IMG/VR virus record: IMGVR_UViG_3300028128_000202
Location: 1 to 25,772 of that record
Source: a virus
Lineage: Duplodnaviria; Caudoviricetes
Length of the DNA stretch: 25,772 nt
Reading direction: 5' to 3' (one strand)
Shown: one piece after another, positions 8,641-17,164 of the stretch
Layout: every line of letters starts with the position of its first letter
Numbering within the stretch: position 1 is the stretch's first letter
The notes under the pieces: generated by a model
Seen by the model: the letters and a program-made list of their open reading frames with translations, nothing else
Told to the model about the DNA's origin: nothing
Databases searched by the model: none
Program-made: the position numbers and the translations under genes

Positions 8641-9512
8641 GATAATGGTTGAAATGTTTTGGTAAAGTTCATAAACTTTTCTGTTAATTTACCTCCAGCT
8701 AATTTATGAGAGCCACCTCCTTCGCATAAATTTACAGCTATCACAGAAAGATCTGCTTTACATTTAGGATTTTTTCTAAACGATACTAAATGTCTATCTA
8801 AATTTACCATTATTGCAATATCAGCATCATACTTATTGACTAAATAATGACCTACTTCATTAATATGCGAACTTACAAATGTTGATATAATTTTATAATC
8901 TTTTACGTTACCTACAAATTTTGGGTTATTTAATTGTTCGGCAAACTTCTTAAAAAATAACTTAATTGAATTTTTTTCATGTATATTATACTCATGCAAT
9001 CCATCTTTAAAAGATGTAATAAACTTCTCCCACTTTGGTTTATTGTATGTATAGTAAATAGCATTTAATCTTGCTGGCTCTAATTCATTAGGAAAGTCAA
9101 ATGACCAACAATCATATTGATCAATTAAATTAATTAGCTCTTCTAATTTACTATTTAAATTAAGTTTAGACTTAAACTTATCAGCAATTAGCTTTGTACA
9201 TGAGCTATATTCCGTTACTACTGATTTTGCCTTTGTATATTTTGAGGCGAAAGGCACATGTAATTCGTGATGATCAATAACAACAACATTATCCCTATTG
9301 ATTGCTTCTGCTTGTTCTTCATTTAAACAGAGATCGCAAACAAATATCTTATCAAAATGATCTAATGTATTCCATCGACTTTTAAATTCGTTGAGAATAG
9401 TTGCTTCAGTTGTCTCTACAGTAATTACATCATGACCTTCATACAACCTGTTTAGTAGTAACGCGGACCCCGCACCATCAAGGTCTGTATCTGTGAAGAT
9501 AATTATGTGCAC
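8637..9512 (-). CDS. DHH/DHHA1-family phosphoesterase
   Basis: TDTDLDG (motif I), VCDL (II), IDHH (III), SCT (IV) and C-terminal SFR...GGGSHKLAGG; GTG start. Confidence 0.9.
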   Translation of the reverse strand: MHIIIFTDTDLDGAGSALLLNRLYEGHDVITVETTEATILNEFKSRWNTLDHFDKIFVCDLCLNEEQAEAINRDNVVVIDHHELHVPFASKYTKAKSVVTEYSSCTKLIADKFKSKLNLNSKLEELINLIDQYDCWSFDFPNELEPARLNAIYYTYNKPKWEKFITSFKDGLHEYNIHEKNSIKLFFKKFAEQLNNPKFVGNVKDYKIISTFVSSHINEVGHYLVNKYDADIAIMVNLDRHLVSFRKNPKCKADLSVIAVNLCEGGGSHKLAGGKLTEKFMNFTKTFQPLS

Positions 9513-9520
9513 ATACTTAT

Positions 9521-10834
9521 TTACTGTACAGTTCTCGAAAGTCCAGCCAATGTATTAAGCATTGAATCATCTTCCTCTAAATCAATATCGTCTGCTTGCT
9601 CAATAGTTAGAGTAGAGTAATCGATACGCATCGGCTGCGTCATTCCTCGTGGACCATAACGGTTCTTCATCATACCCAATCTAATGATACCTAAATCCCG
9701 ATCCTCATCGTTCTGGAAAATAGACATAATAACATCTGCAGTAGCAGCCAAGCCTATAGATTCTGAAATAGTAGCTAAGTCAGGATTATCCTGATCGAAC
9801 CCAGCGCGATTTAACTGAGTAGCACTAATAATAGGACAATTGAACACATAACTAATAGCTCTTACCTGCTCAGTTACATTCTTAATACGCTCATAGGAGT
9901 TATTACCGATAGGGCTATGAATTAGGTTAAGATAATCAATAACAATAGCATCTAATTTAATACCTTGATCAGTAAACTTTTTAGCAAACGCCTTAATAGT
10001 ATTAGGAGTAATAGTAGATGGTGGAAATTCCTTGATATAAATATTACCAGACGATTCAGTAATAGCTGCTCTTAATGACGAGCCATTAACCGCCATCTCT
10101 TTCATAGGTATCTTAGAAATATTAGTACAGATACGTCTTGCATAAAGTAGCTCAGACATCTCTAACGTAATTAACAATACATTTTTACCCTGCTTAGCAA
10201 TATTAGATGCTATATTACCTAAAAATATCGATTTACCAATATTAGTTTCACCAGCAAAAACATATAGTGATTTACCAGCCTGTAAGAAACCTCCATCTAA
10301 CGCATCATCTAACCATTCCCAAGTAGAGGGAATTTTATCTTCAACAGTAGTTAGGTCTGCAATAATGTCATCAATATTTGACTTAACTCCAAGACCTAAA
10401 TCAGTTACTAAGCTAATGTTACAACTCTTCTCAAACTTATCTAAGATAACAGATGTATCAACATCCCCAGCAGAAATATCTTCTGCAGCTTTAAGCATCG
10501 TATGATATACTGCTTTCTCTTTTAAGAACTGCTCAGTATTTTCTATCAGCTCATCCTTATTAATATTCTTATCAATCTCAGAAAAAGAAGTAACTAGTCG
10601 TTTGAACGAATCTTTCTGCTCATCGGTTACTAAATATTGCTTAATCTCAGTTGTAGTTGGTAGCTGATTACGCTTATCATTAAAGTCCTTAATGATAGTA
10701 AAAACACTAGCAATGTCTTTACTCTTAAAGTACTCTGGTTGTACGATATCAGCTATAGTCGACAAATAGCCGCTATCCGTTAACGCATTATACATTAATA
10801 CGTTTTCAAAATAGTCGAGATTTAGCTTACCCAT
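9521..10834 (-). CDS. gp41: Replicative DNA helicase (T4 gp41/DnaB family)
   Basis: Walker A AGETNIGKS, ITLEMSE, IKEFPP, IVIDYLNL, SATQLNR, SESIGLAATAD, KNRYG. Confidence 0.95.
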   Translation of the reverse strand: MGKLNLDYFENVLMYNALTDSGYLSTIADIVQPEYFKSKDIASVFTIIKDFNDKRNQLPTTTEIKQYLVTDEQKDSFKRLVTSFSEIDKNINKDELIENTEQFLKEKAVYHTMLKAAEDISAGDVDTSVILDKFEKSCNISLVTDLGLGVKSNIDDIIADLTTVEDKIPSTWEWLDDALDGGFLQAGKSLYVFAGETNIGKSIFLGNIASNIAKQGKNVLLITLEMSELLYARRICTNISKIPMKEMAVNGSSLRAAITESSGNIYIKEFPPSTITPNTIKAFAKKFTDQGIKLDAIVIDYLNLIHSPIGNNSYERIKNVTEQVRAISYVFNCPIISATQLNRAGFDQDNPDLATISESIGLAATADVIMSIFQNDEDRDLGIIRLGMMKNRYGPRGMTQPMRIDYSTLTIEQADDIDLEEDDSMLNTLAGLSRTVQ

Positions 10835-10841
10835 CCCACTT

Positions 10842-10870
10842 ATAATAATAAACTACTTTGAAGAATCAAC
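10842..10870 (-). promoter_or_regulatory. Sigma70-like promoter for helicase
   Basis: GTTGATT-N16-TATTAT-N7-ATG on the minus strand. Confidence 0.5.
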
Positions 10871-11550
10871 TATATCTGCACAGTTTTACCAACATACTTT
10901 TTATACTTATCTAAAAACCATGTTTGACCATCTGTCCAATCTTTTGTGAACTCTCTTAGCCCAGGTGATGCATGAGTAACATACGCATCAATAACACCAC
11001 ATTTAAACCCAGCTAATGACGCATCAAGTGTATATGATAAGTCGTAAAAATGAAACCCAGCTGGACATGTCTCGTCAAACCTAATTTTCTTAAATGCTTT
11101 GCGAGAGATAGCGAGAAACACACCATCCATTATTACTGATTGATGAGGATAGGACCCAAAAGCTGTCATAGACTTTTGAGTGCCATGTAAATGAGCAACA
11201 GCTCCATGTAAATGACTACTACCAAAACCACCACCCATTAAATGCCATAGAGTGGGTTGTTGTACTTTAATTTGCGATGCACCAGCTACTCCCAACACAT
11301 CATAATTCTTAAAATGATCTTTTAGTTTATCATAATCAAAATTTTCTAGAATTATATCATCATGACATAAAATAATATGATCAACGTTTTCCTTTATTGC
11401 AAAATCAATAGCCTTATTATAAACCTGCTGTAGTGGTTTTGTATTATGCTCTTTAAAAAACACTTCTGTGTCATCATCTTTTGTTTGCCAAAGAAGAGTG
11501 TCTTCCTTTTTACCCTTAGTTGCGACACATATAAATAATTTATTATTCAT
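10870..11550 (-). CDS. GT-A fold glycosyltransferase (GT2-like)
   Basis: YNKAI, ILCHDDI (DxD-like), GVAGA, DGVFLAI, FDE, GFHFYDL, HASPG. The start is moved from 11592 to ATG 11550 (MNNKLFICVAT), 1 nt after the amidotransferase stop. Confidence 0.85.
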   Translation of the reverse strand: MNNKLFICVATKGKKEDTLLWQTKDDDTEVFFKEHNTKPLQQVYNKAIDFAIKENVDHIILCHDDIILENFDYDKLKDHFKNYDVLGVAGASQIKVQQPTLWHLMGGGFGSSHLHGAVAHLHGTQKSMTAFGSYPHQSVIMDGVFLAISRKAFKKIRFDETCPAGFHFYDLSYTLDASLAGFKCGVIDAYVTHASPGLREFTKDWTDGQTWFLDKYKKYVGKTVQI

Positions 11551-11551
11551 C

Positions 11552-12220
11552 TTAAATAAATAGAAAGGGTGAGTCGTGTTTAAAGTTTCCAACCTTGTTA
11601 AACCTCAACGTCCTTTTATCTAAACGTCTAATTTCACCTTCTTTTAACTCTTTATAACCTTTACCAGGCATAGTTGAATAGCAGCCTTTATTATTATAAT
11701 TTAATATTGAACCCACACGAGCAATATATAACTCATTAGTATCACAATCAATAATAGATAATGCAAATGATCCGGATAACTCTTCTAACGTTTGCCTGAT
11801 GTAACTTACAGGATTAGTAGAGTTACCTCGACTTTCTTCCATAAACTTCTGCAATAAATTTGCTATTATAGATGTATCTACCGGATTCTCAATAAACGGT
11901 AAGTGCTTTTTACGTATATCGCGATCGTTAGTAATGACCCCATTATGAAACACCATCCATGACATAGTATCAAATGGATGTGATGTTTCATATGACCACT
12001 CTCTCATAGCCGAAGTAGGAGCTTGCACATGACCGCAATTGTATTTTGCTTGCTTGGAGCCTTTAACTACATTAAAGTCAATCTCTCCCTCCTTTTTGTA
12101 TATAAATTGGTCGTCGTACGTTAGTTGTACGTAGCTGCTAGCAAAAGTCCCACGATCTTGATTAGCGGCATACAATACCTCTAACATAGATTTTTCAGGA
12201 GCTCCAAAAATCGCGCACAT
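11552..12220 (-). CDS. Stand-alone class II (Ntn) glutamine amidotransferase
   Basis: N-terminal nucleophile MCAIFG, DRG, GHVQAPT, SHPF, HNGVITN, VDTS, GSFA and LYIAR; no synthase domain fused. Confidence 0.9.
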   Translation of the reverse strand: MCAIFGAPEKSMLEVLYAANQDRGTFASSYVQLTYDDQFIYKKEGEIDFNVVKGSKQAKYNCGHVQAPTSAMREWSYETSHPFDTMSWMVFHNGVITNDRDIRKKHLPFIENPVDTSIIANLLQKFMEESRGNSTNPVSYIRQTLEELSGSFALSIIDCDTNELYIARVGSILNYNNKGCYSTMPGKGYKELKEGEIRRLDKRTLRFNKVGNFKHDSPFLFI

Positions 12221-12242
12221 TATACTATAATTTAATCCAACT

Positions 12243-12629
12243 CTATAGTTTTTCCAGTTGAATATCCATTTCTTTGCGGATGCGCGCTGTTAGTTCCTTA
12301 CTCTCTTCCATTTTACCATAATAAAGTCTAAACTCGCGAGGTATTCTCCAGAAGAAGTCCATTACACCAGTAACTTCATGATAAGCGAATGTATAGTGCG
12401 GGTATTGCACTCCATCAACTTCAATCCAACGCTTACGTCTTTTCTTCTTCTTTTCAATACCCAATTTCTTTAGAGTATTCTTACCAAGACCCCGCACTTT
12501 AAAAAGATCCTCACTACTACGATACGGTCGCATACCAACAATGTTTCTTGCGGTTAACTTACCAACTCCTGGTAGAGCTCGTAGCTCTTTATCATTCATA
12601 TTATTGAAATCCTTGTAACTCAGCTTCAT
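12243..12629 (-). CDS. Helix-hairpin-helix DNA-binding protein (ComEA-like HhH)
   Basis: ELRALPGVGKLTARNIV...PYRSSEDLFKVRGLGK followed by a basic KKKKRRKR tract. Confidence 0.85.
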   Translation of the reverse strand: MKLSYKDFNNMNDKELRALPGVGKLTARNIVGMRPYRSSEDLFKVRGLGKNTLKKLGIEKKKKRRKRWIEVDGVQYPHYTFAYHEVTGVMDFFWRIPREFRLYYGKMEESKELTARIRKEMDIQLEKL

Positions 12630-12640
12630 ATTCTATATTA

Positions 12641-12668
12641 ATTATAACTAAGTTCCTTTTATTTGCAA
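12641..12668 (-). promoter_or_regulatory. AAGGAACT-N4-TATAAT promoter motif, copy 2, with TTGCAA -35
   Basis: Minus strand reads TTGCAA-ATAA-AAGGAACT-TAGT-TATAAT, 11 nt before the HhH ATG. Confidence 0.7.
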
Positions 12669-12696
12669 TTTTTTAATGTATTTTACACTAGTGTTA

Positions 12697-12703
12697 ATAA
12701 ATA
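12697..12703 (+). promoter_or_regulatory. T4-late-like promoter (ATAAATA)
   Basis: AATAAATA-ATATCA-ATG directly before the 602-aa ORF; resembles the T4 late consensus TATAAATA. Confidence 0.6.
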
Positions 12704-12709
12704 ATATCA

Positions 12710-14518
12710 ATGAGCTCGTTCGATAACTTCTACACCAGGTTACAATCTTTAAATGAAGCAAGAAAATCTCCTGTGGAGGCTTTAGTACCTGGTGCTACCG
12801 GTGTTACTAAGCAAATGCGATCAGCAGGGTTAAGTTCTGCACCATTAGATACCATAAGATTTATCAGAGAGTTATTATTTAACCTAGATGTTATTTCTGA
12901 AGAGGAGTTAAATGTTGTTAAGATGGGTAAAGGCTTTACAGGTAAAAAGCAAGCCATGCTTAAAGTACTACAAGATAACCAAGATGCAATTAACGCTAAA
13001 TCAGATGAAATTGCACAGACAATTGAAAGTACTTTAGATGATTTTATTTCTGGTATGGGTGCTAACCGTTCCCGTGAAGAAAAATACGCAGCACAGGCAG
13101 CTGCTCAAGAGTTAGCCGCACAAGCACGTGCTGCTAAATCTGGTAAAGAGATGGATGATGCCTTAGCGGATGTTATCTCTGATGAAAAGCTTATTATTAA
13201 AGCATCACTTGCTAAGGCTATTCAAGAATTAGAAGACCTTCCTGGTGGTGAGGATATTTCACCAGACGTTCTTAGTGAGATTAAGAAGTTTGCTCCAAAA
13301 ATTAATACTATCGAGCAACTCGAATCGTTTGTTAAGCAACTTAGTGCAATGGAAGAATATCAATTGCCAGCTGCTTACCTTTCCAGTACTGTTAAGGCAA
13401 TCAAAGGTGGTATGGAGGATATCGAAATGGAAGATCAAGAAGATCCAGATCATGGATTTGACGCAACAAAATCAGATCTTGACAACGATGGTAAGATTTC
13501 CAAGTATGAGCGTAAGAGGGGTGAAGCTATTGCTTCTTCAATGAGTAAAGAAGATAATGAAGGTAGCGTAAAGCGTGAAGTACTTGACGCTTGTAAAGCT
13601 GCTGCTGGTGATTTTGCTCATAAGAATTCTGGTATGGCTTTCGGTTGTAAACAAATGCTTGATCAGTATACTAAAGCTGGTGATACAGAAAGAGCTAGTA
13701 TTGCTAAATCTTTACATGATCATTTTTCTGGGCAAGCTAAACATTTTGATGAAAATGGAGAAGATCCTGATATTGAGGCATTGGCTCAGGTTGAAGTAGA
13801 AGAACTTGGCGATGGTGAATTACCTAAGGATTACCATGAAGATGCTGAGCAAGAGATTAAGGTAGGGTCAATGCTTACAACTAACTACAATGAAGTGGTT
13901 CATGTTGACAAGATAGATACTGAATCTGATATGAAGGGTAGACCAATCTACTACTGTACAGATAAAGACGGTGGTGAGCATGTTCTTTATCCGGAAGAAG
14001 TCCTCGCTGTATCACCAGAAGATGCAGAGGGAGATCCAGAATTCGAAGCTGCCTTAACAGCAGCGGATGACATTCATGGTGGAAATCCTGGCTCAGGTTA
14101 TGAAGAGTATAAGAAGATGATCGAGGCCAAACTTGGTCGTCCTTGTACACCTGATGAGTGTGACGATATCAAGATTAAGATAGATCACCATAGTTTCAGA
14201 GATGAAGAAGCTGACATGAAACAAGTCGCCGAAAGTAAGTACACAACTGCTGATTACCTGACTGATATCTATTCATCAGTTGAGCCTATTGTAGCGACCA
14301 CTATGAACGAAAATGGTCAAACAACTCCTACTCGTCAATATCTTGTTGAAAACTACGAAGCAGCTATTGAAGACGCTTATACATCACAATATTTAACTGA
14401 ACAAAAAACTCAGGACGCTTTACCTAAACAAAAGAAGGAAAACAATCTTAGCTTTAAAGAGCGTTTCCAGCCTAAGACTCACTGGCAACTTGAAGAAGTT
14501 CGTCGCTACGGTCTTTAG
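12710..14518 (+). CDS. Large acidic late protein with EF-hand-like loop and EDxE-delimited modules (possible internal head protein)
   Basis: 602 aa with late-type promoter; N-terminal LQSLNE; DLDNDGKISKYE loop; repeated EDIE/EDQE/EDNE/EDAE/EDAE. Confidence 0.8.
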   Translation: MSSFDNFYTRLQSLNEARKSPVEALVPGATGVTKQMRSAGLSSAPLDTIRFIRELLFNLDVISEEELNVVKMGKGFTGKKQAMLKVLQDNQDAINAKSDEIAQTIESTLDDFISGMGANRSREEKYAAQAAAQELAAQARAAKSGKEMDDALADVISDEKLIIKASLAKAIQELEDLPGGEDISPDVLSEIKKFAPKINTIEQLESFVKQLSAMEEYQLPAAYLSSTVKAIKGGMEDIEMEDQEDPDHGFDATKSDLDNDGKISKYERKRGEAIASSMSKEDNEGSVKREVLDACKAAAGDFAHKNSGMAFGCKQMLDQYTKAGDTERASIAKSLHDHFSGQAKHFDENGEDPDIEALAQVEVEELGDGELPKDYHEDAEQEIKVGSMLTTNYNEVVHVDKIDTESDMKGRPIYYCTDKDGGEHVLYPEEVLAVSPEDAEGDPEFEAALTAADDIHGGNPGSGYEEYKKMIEAKLGRPCTPDECDDIKIKIDHHSFRDEEADMKQVAESKYTTADYLTDIYSSVEPIVATTMNENGQTTPTRQYLVENYEAAIEDAYTSQYLTEQKTQDALPKQKKENNLSFKERFQPKTHWQLEEVRRYGL

Positions 14519-15258
14519 AGCTTCTTACAGCCTTTAGATAAGTATAGCTCGTTCAACTTAGATTGCTGTACATATTGAATAGGGTCTTGATACCCGGCAT
14601 CAACGAAGCCCTTTACCCTCATACTAGAGGATGGAGTTGTAGCATCTGCTAATCCGTCTTTCCTATTAGAGTAACACGTCCAAGTATTACTAAAGTCGAC
14701 ACCTAGCCTTACTCCTTCTTCAACGATAGCTTCTTTACTCATTGTAAGTAACGGGGCTTCAATATTGATACGATGCTCTCGGTTAAGAGCAATCAATGAA
14801 TTCATAGAGTCGACAAACTCATTGGAACCATCCCAATAACCAGCAAGGCTATCGACTTCAGCTGCACCATACCATACAGTATCAGCACCTTTAGCCTCAG
14901 CATAAGCACAACCAATAGTATTAAACAACTGATTACGAAATGGGACATAACTTACAGGTTGAGCATCACCAGCCATCTTACTAATATCTGGATTGTCAAT
15001 ATCTTCATTAGTAAGAGATGAGGTAGGAGCTAGGTGCTTAATGAATCCAACATCAGCTATATAATGAGTTACTACTAAATCTGAGACTTTAGCCTTTACC
15101 GCTTCTATCTGACTCGATACACACTTTAATTCACGCTTATGACGTTGACCATAATCATATGAGATAAGATGAATCTCTTTAAATCCTCTATCTACTGCCA
15201 TATGTAGTAGGACTACTGAGTCCATACCACCTGATATGCTTAATACTAATTTACTCAT
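14515..15258 (-). CDS. queC: QueC-family (7-cyano-7-deazaguanine synthase-like) ATP pyrophosphatase with degenerate Zn site
   Basis: SISGGMDS PP-loop, DYGQRH, SSLT, YVPFRN, APLL.MSK..IV..G..LGVD, TWTCY, DPIQY. Confidence 0.9.
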   Translation of the reverse strand: MSKLVLSISGGMDSVVLLHMAVDRGFKEIHLISYDYGQRHKRELKCVSSQIEAVKAKVSDLVVTHYIADVGFIKHLAPTSSLTNEDIDNPDISKMAGDAQPVSYVPFRNQLFNTIGCAYAEAKGADTVWYGAAEVDSLAGYWDGSNEFVDSMNSLIALNREHRINIEAPLLTMSKEAIVEEGVRLGVDFSNTWTCYSNRKDGLADATTPSSSMRVKGFVDAGYQDPIQYVQQSKLNELYLSKGCKKL

Positions 15259-16411
15259 TTTTATCTAAGGAATCTTTTAGGATTTCATTCTCTTCTTTAG
15301 GAACTATTACCTCTTCTTCTACCTCATCTGGTACTTCACCTTCTTCACCACCACTATAAGCCCACTCTGTCTTAATCTTTTCCTCTAGTACAGGTAGTAT
15401 AGTGTTCTCCCAGAGGTCAACATCCTTGCGGAAGTTCTTATAGTAACCAATCTTCTTACCACATGGTAGGGTATAGGTAGAACCAGTTTGAATAACAGCA
15501 CCTACCCCTACAGCAAGGTCAAGAAGTCCATAATAACGGTCAAGTCCAGTATGAAACGAAAGGAACATTTCACCTTGAAGGTATTGCTTAATGAAACGAT
15601 TCTTACGAGTCAATGCTCTAATAAGAACACCTGCATAATTCTTCTGACCTACTGCAGTTTCAGCATCCATAGTCTTACCACCATCACTCTTCATAGGCTT
15701 ACGAGCCAACTGAACAGTTACTGAAGGTAAATACACGATCGACTTACCACCAGGCATATGCTTCTCAATAGAAGGAAACATAGCAGCCGGATCATCATAA
15801 ACATGGTTAGTACATAAGATAGTAGTCTGTGTAGTAGCACCTAAGTTAGTACAAGTCTGCATAAGAGACTTCATAGCGCGTGCTTTACTACCCATATCAG
15901 AAGAAGTACTCTCTTTACCCATACGACTATGCTCGAGTTCTGATTGAAGATTACCAAGCGAGTCGATAGCTACAATAAACTTACCTTCTAGACCCTTTTC
16001 CTTAACTGAAGTAAGGAACTTATACAACGCGTTACGAGTCTGCTCGATAGTAACACATGGCACATACTTCACTTTACTAATATCAAGCCCAATACGCTCT
16101 GCACCTTCAGGGTCAACAGCGTTCTCTGTATCAAAGATAACTGGAATTAAACCTTCTTTCTGAGCATTAGCTAAAATCTTAAGAACAAACAATGTCTTAC
16201 CTGTCATAGACTCACCACCGAGCATTGTTACTCGACCCTTAGGGATACCTCCATGAATAGAACCTGATACAATAGCATTAAGAACATAACTTCCAGTATC
16301 AATCCAACCACCTACTCTACTTAAAGTACTATCTTCAAGGTAAGTAGCAAAGGGGTTAACTTTATCGATTGAATCTAACGCTGCTAGCGTATCTTTATCA
16401 AAATCACTCAT
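15251..16411 (-). CDS. uvsX: RecA-like recombinase (T4 UvsX)
   Basis: IDTGSYVLNAIVSGSIHGGIP, Walker A GESMTGKT, FDTENA, IDSLGNL, DMG.KAR, TNHVY, KNRF. Confidence 0.93.
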   Translation of the reverse strand: MSDFDKDTLAALDSIDKVNPFATYLEDSTLSRVGGWIDTGSYVLNAIVSGSIHGGIPKGRVTMLGGESMTGKTLFVLKILANAQKEGLIPVIFDTENAVDPEGAERIGLDISKVKYVPCVTIEQTRNALYKFLTSVKEKGLEGKFIVAIDSLGNLQSELEHSRMGKESTSSDMGSKARAMKSLMQTCTNLGATTQTTILCTNHVYDDPAAMFPSIEKHMPGGKSIVYLPSVTVQLARKPMKSDGGKTMDAETAVGQKNYAGVLIRALTRKNRFIKQYLQGEMFLSFHTGLDRYYGLLDLAVGVGAVIQTGSTYTLPCGKKIGYYKNFRKDVDLWENTILPVLEEKIKTEWAYSGGEEGEVPDEVEEEVIVPKEENEILKDSLDKNE

Positions 16412-16417
16412 ATACTG

Positions 16418-16446
16418 ATTATATGAACCGAATTACATTAATCAAC
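16418..16446 (-). promoter_or_regulatory. Sigma70-like promoter for uvsX-queC (probably leaderless)
   Basis: GTTGATT-N16-TATAAT-N6-ATG on the minus strand. Confidence 0.62.
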
Positions 16447-16731
16447 CGGTGGTTTACTAATAAGTCTATATCTCAGAATAGCGCACATAATAAAGATGGA
16501 GAATGCGCCGCCGATAAGACAATTGAATACGAGAGCTATTTTAAATCCAATATAAAATTGATACATAAACAAGCATATATATCCAATTGTTGTAAGAACA
16601 AACATGTTCAAAGACAAGTCATCTACTCTCTTTGTGCGGACAACTTTTATTAACTGAGGTACATAACTGGATACAAAAATTAAAGAGTAGCAGTAACCTG
16701 CCCAGTAGCCAATAGATTCTAATATTTCCAT
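16438..16731 (-). CDS. PQ-loop / SemiSWEET-family small membrane transporter
   Basis: 97 aa with three hydrophobic helices and signature YVPQLIKVVRTKRVDDLS. Confidence 0.85.
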   Translation of the reverse strand: MEILESIGYWAGYCYSLIFVSSYVPQLIKVVRTKRVDDLSLNMFVLTTIGYICLFMYQFYIGFKIALVFNCLIGGAFSIFIMCAILRYRLISKPPVD

Positions 16732-16740
16732 TTTTTAATA

Positions 16741-17130
16741 TTAATCAACTTTATCTAACTGTGCTTTAATAAGTTCCTTATCAGCATCACCTTTAAAGAT
16801 TGTTTTATAGCCAGCTTGTTGGAAAGCACCTCTAAGAATTATCTTAGTGCCTTGATCAGATTTTTGAATTTTAAACGGGTAAAAATTACTTTTGTCTCCG
16901 TATTTCTTAACTGAACTCTCTACAAACTCGCTAATATATGTCTTAATATCTTCACCATCCGTAAAAGGTTTATGCGTCTTAATACTAATAGCTGCGATTG
17001 CGAGCTGCTTACCTGAATCCTCAGCAATTAACATACAGCAAGGGGTAGGCATATATTGTGTATATCCAAGTTCATTACAAACCTCTAATAGCACATCATA
17101 GAGCTCACTATCTTTTAATTTTATACTCAT
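16741..17130 (-). CDS. Hypothetical protein (129 aa)
   Basis: Full ORF filling the gap between the tRNA terminator and the PQ-loop gene. Confidence 0.7.
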   Translation of the reverse strand: MSIKLKDSELYDVLLEVCNELGYTQYMPTPCCMLIAEDSGKQLAIAAISIKTHKPFTDGEDIKTYISEFVESSVKKYGDKSNFYPFKIQKSDQGTKIILRGAFQQAGYKTIFKGDADKELIKAQLDKVD

Positions 17131-17134
17131 AATT

Positions 17135-17160
17135 AAAAAACTACCGACTAATCGGTAGTT
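17135..17160 (-). terminator. Intrinsic terminator after tRNA-Asn
   Basis: Minus strand AACTACCGA-TTAG-TCGGTAGTT hairpin followed by TTTT. Confidence 0.75.
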
Positions 17161-17164
17161 AATT

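Noticed and set aside
11552-12220. GlmS, PurF or AsnB assignment for the amidotransferase
   Set aside because: Only the glutaminase domain is present, with no SIS, PRTase or synthetase domain.
13245-14150. Short alternative-frame and antisense ORFs inside the 602-aa gene
   Set aside because: They are nested in a long coherent ORF and show no motifs or start signals.
10870-15258. QatABCD or type IV CBASS defence system
   Set aside because: No QatA ATPase, TatD, cyclase or TGT partner is present; the context is phage replication genes.
16369-16653. 94-aa plus-strand ORF
   Set aside because: It is antisense to the PQ-loop gene and the uvsX start, with a TTG start and no motif.
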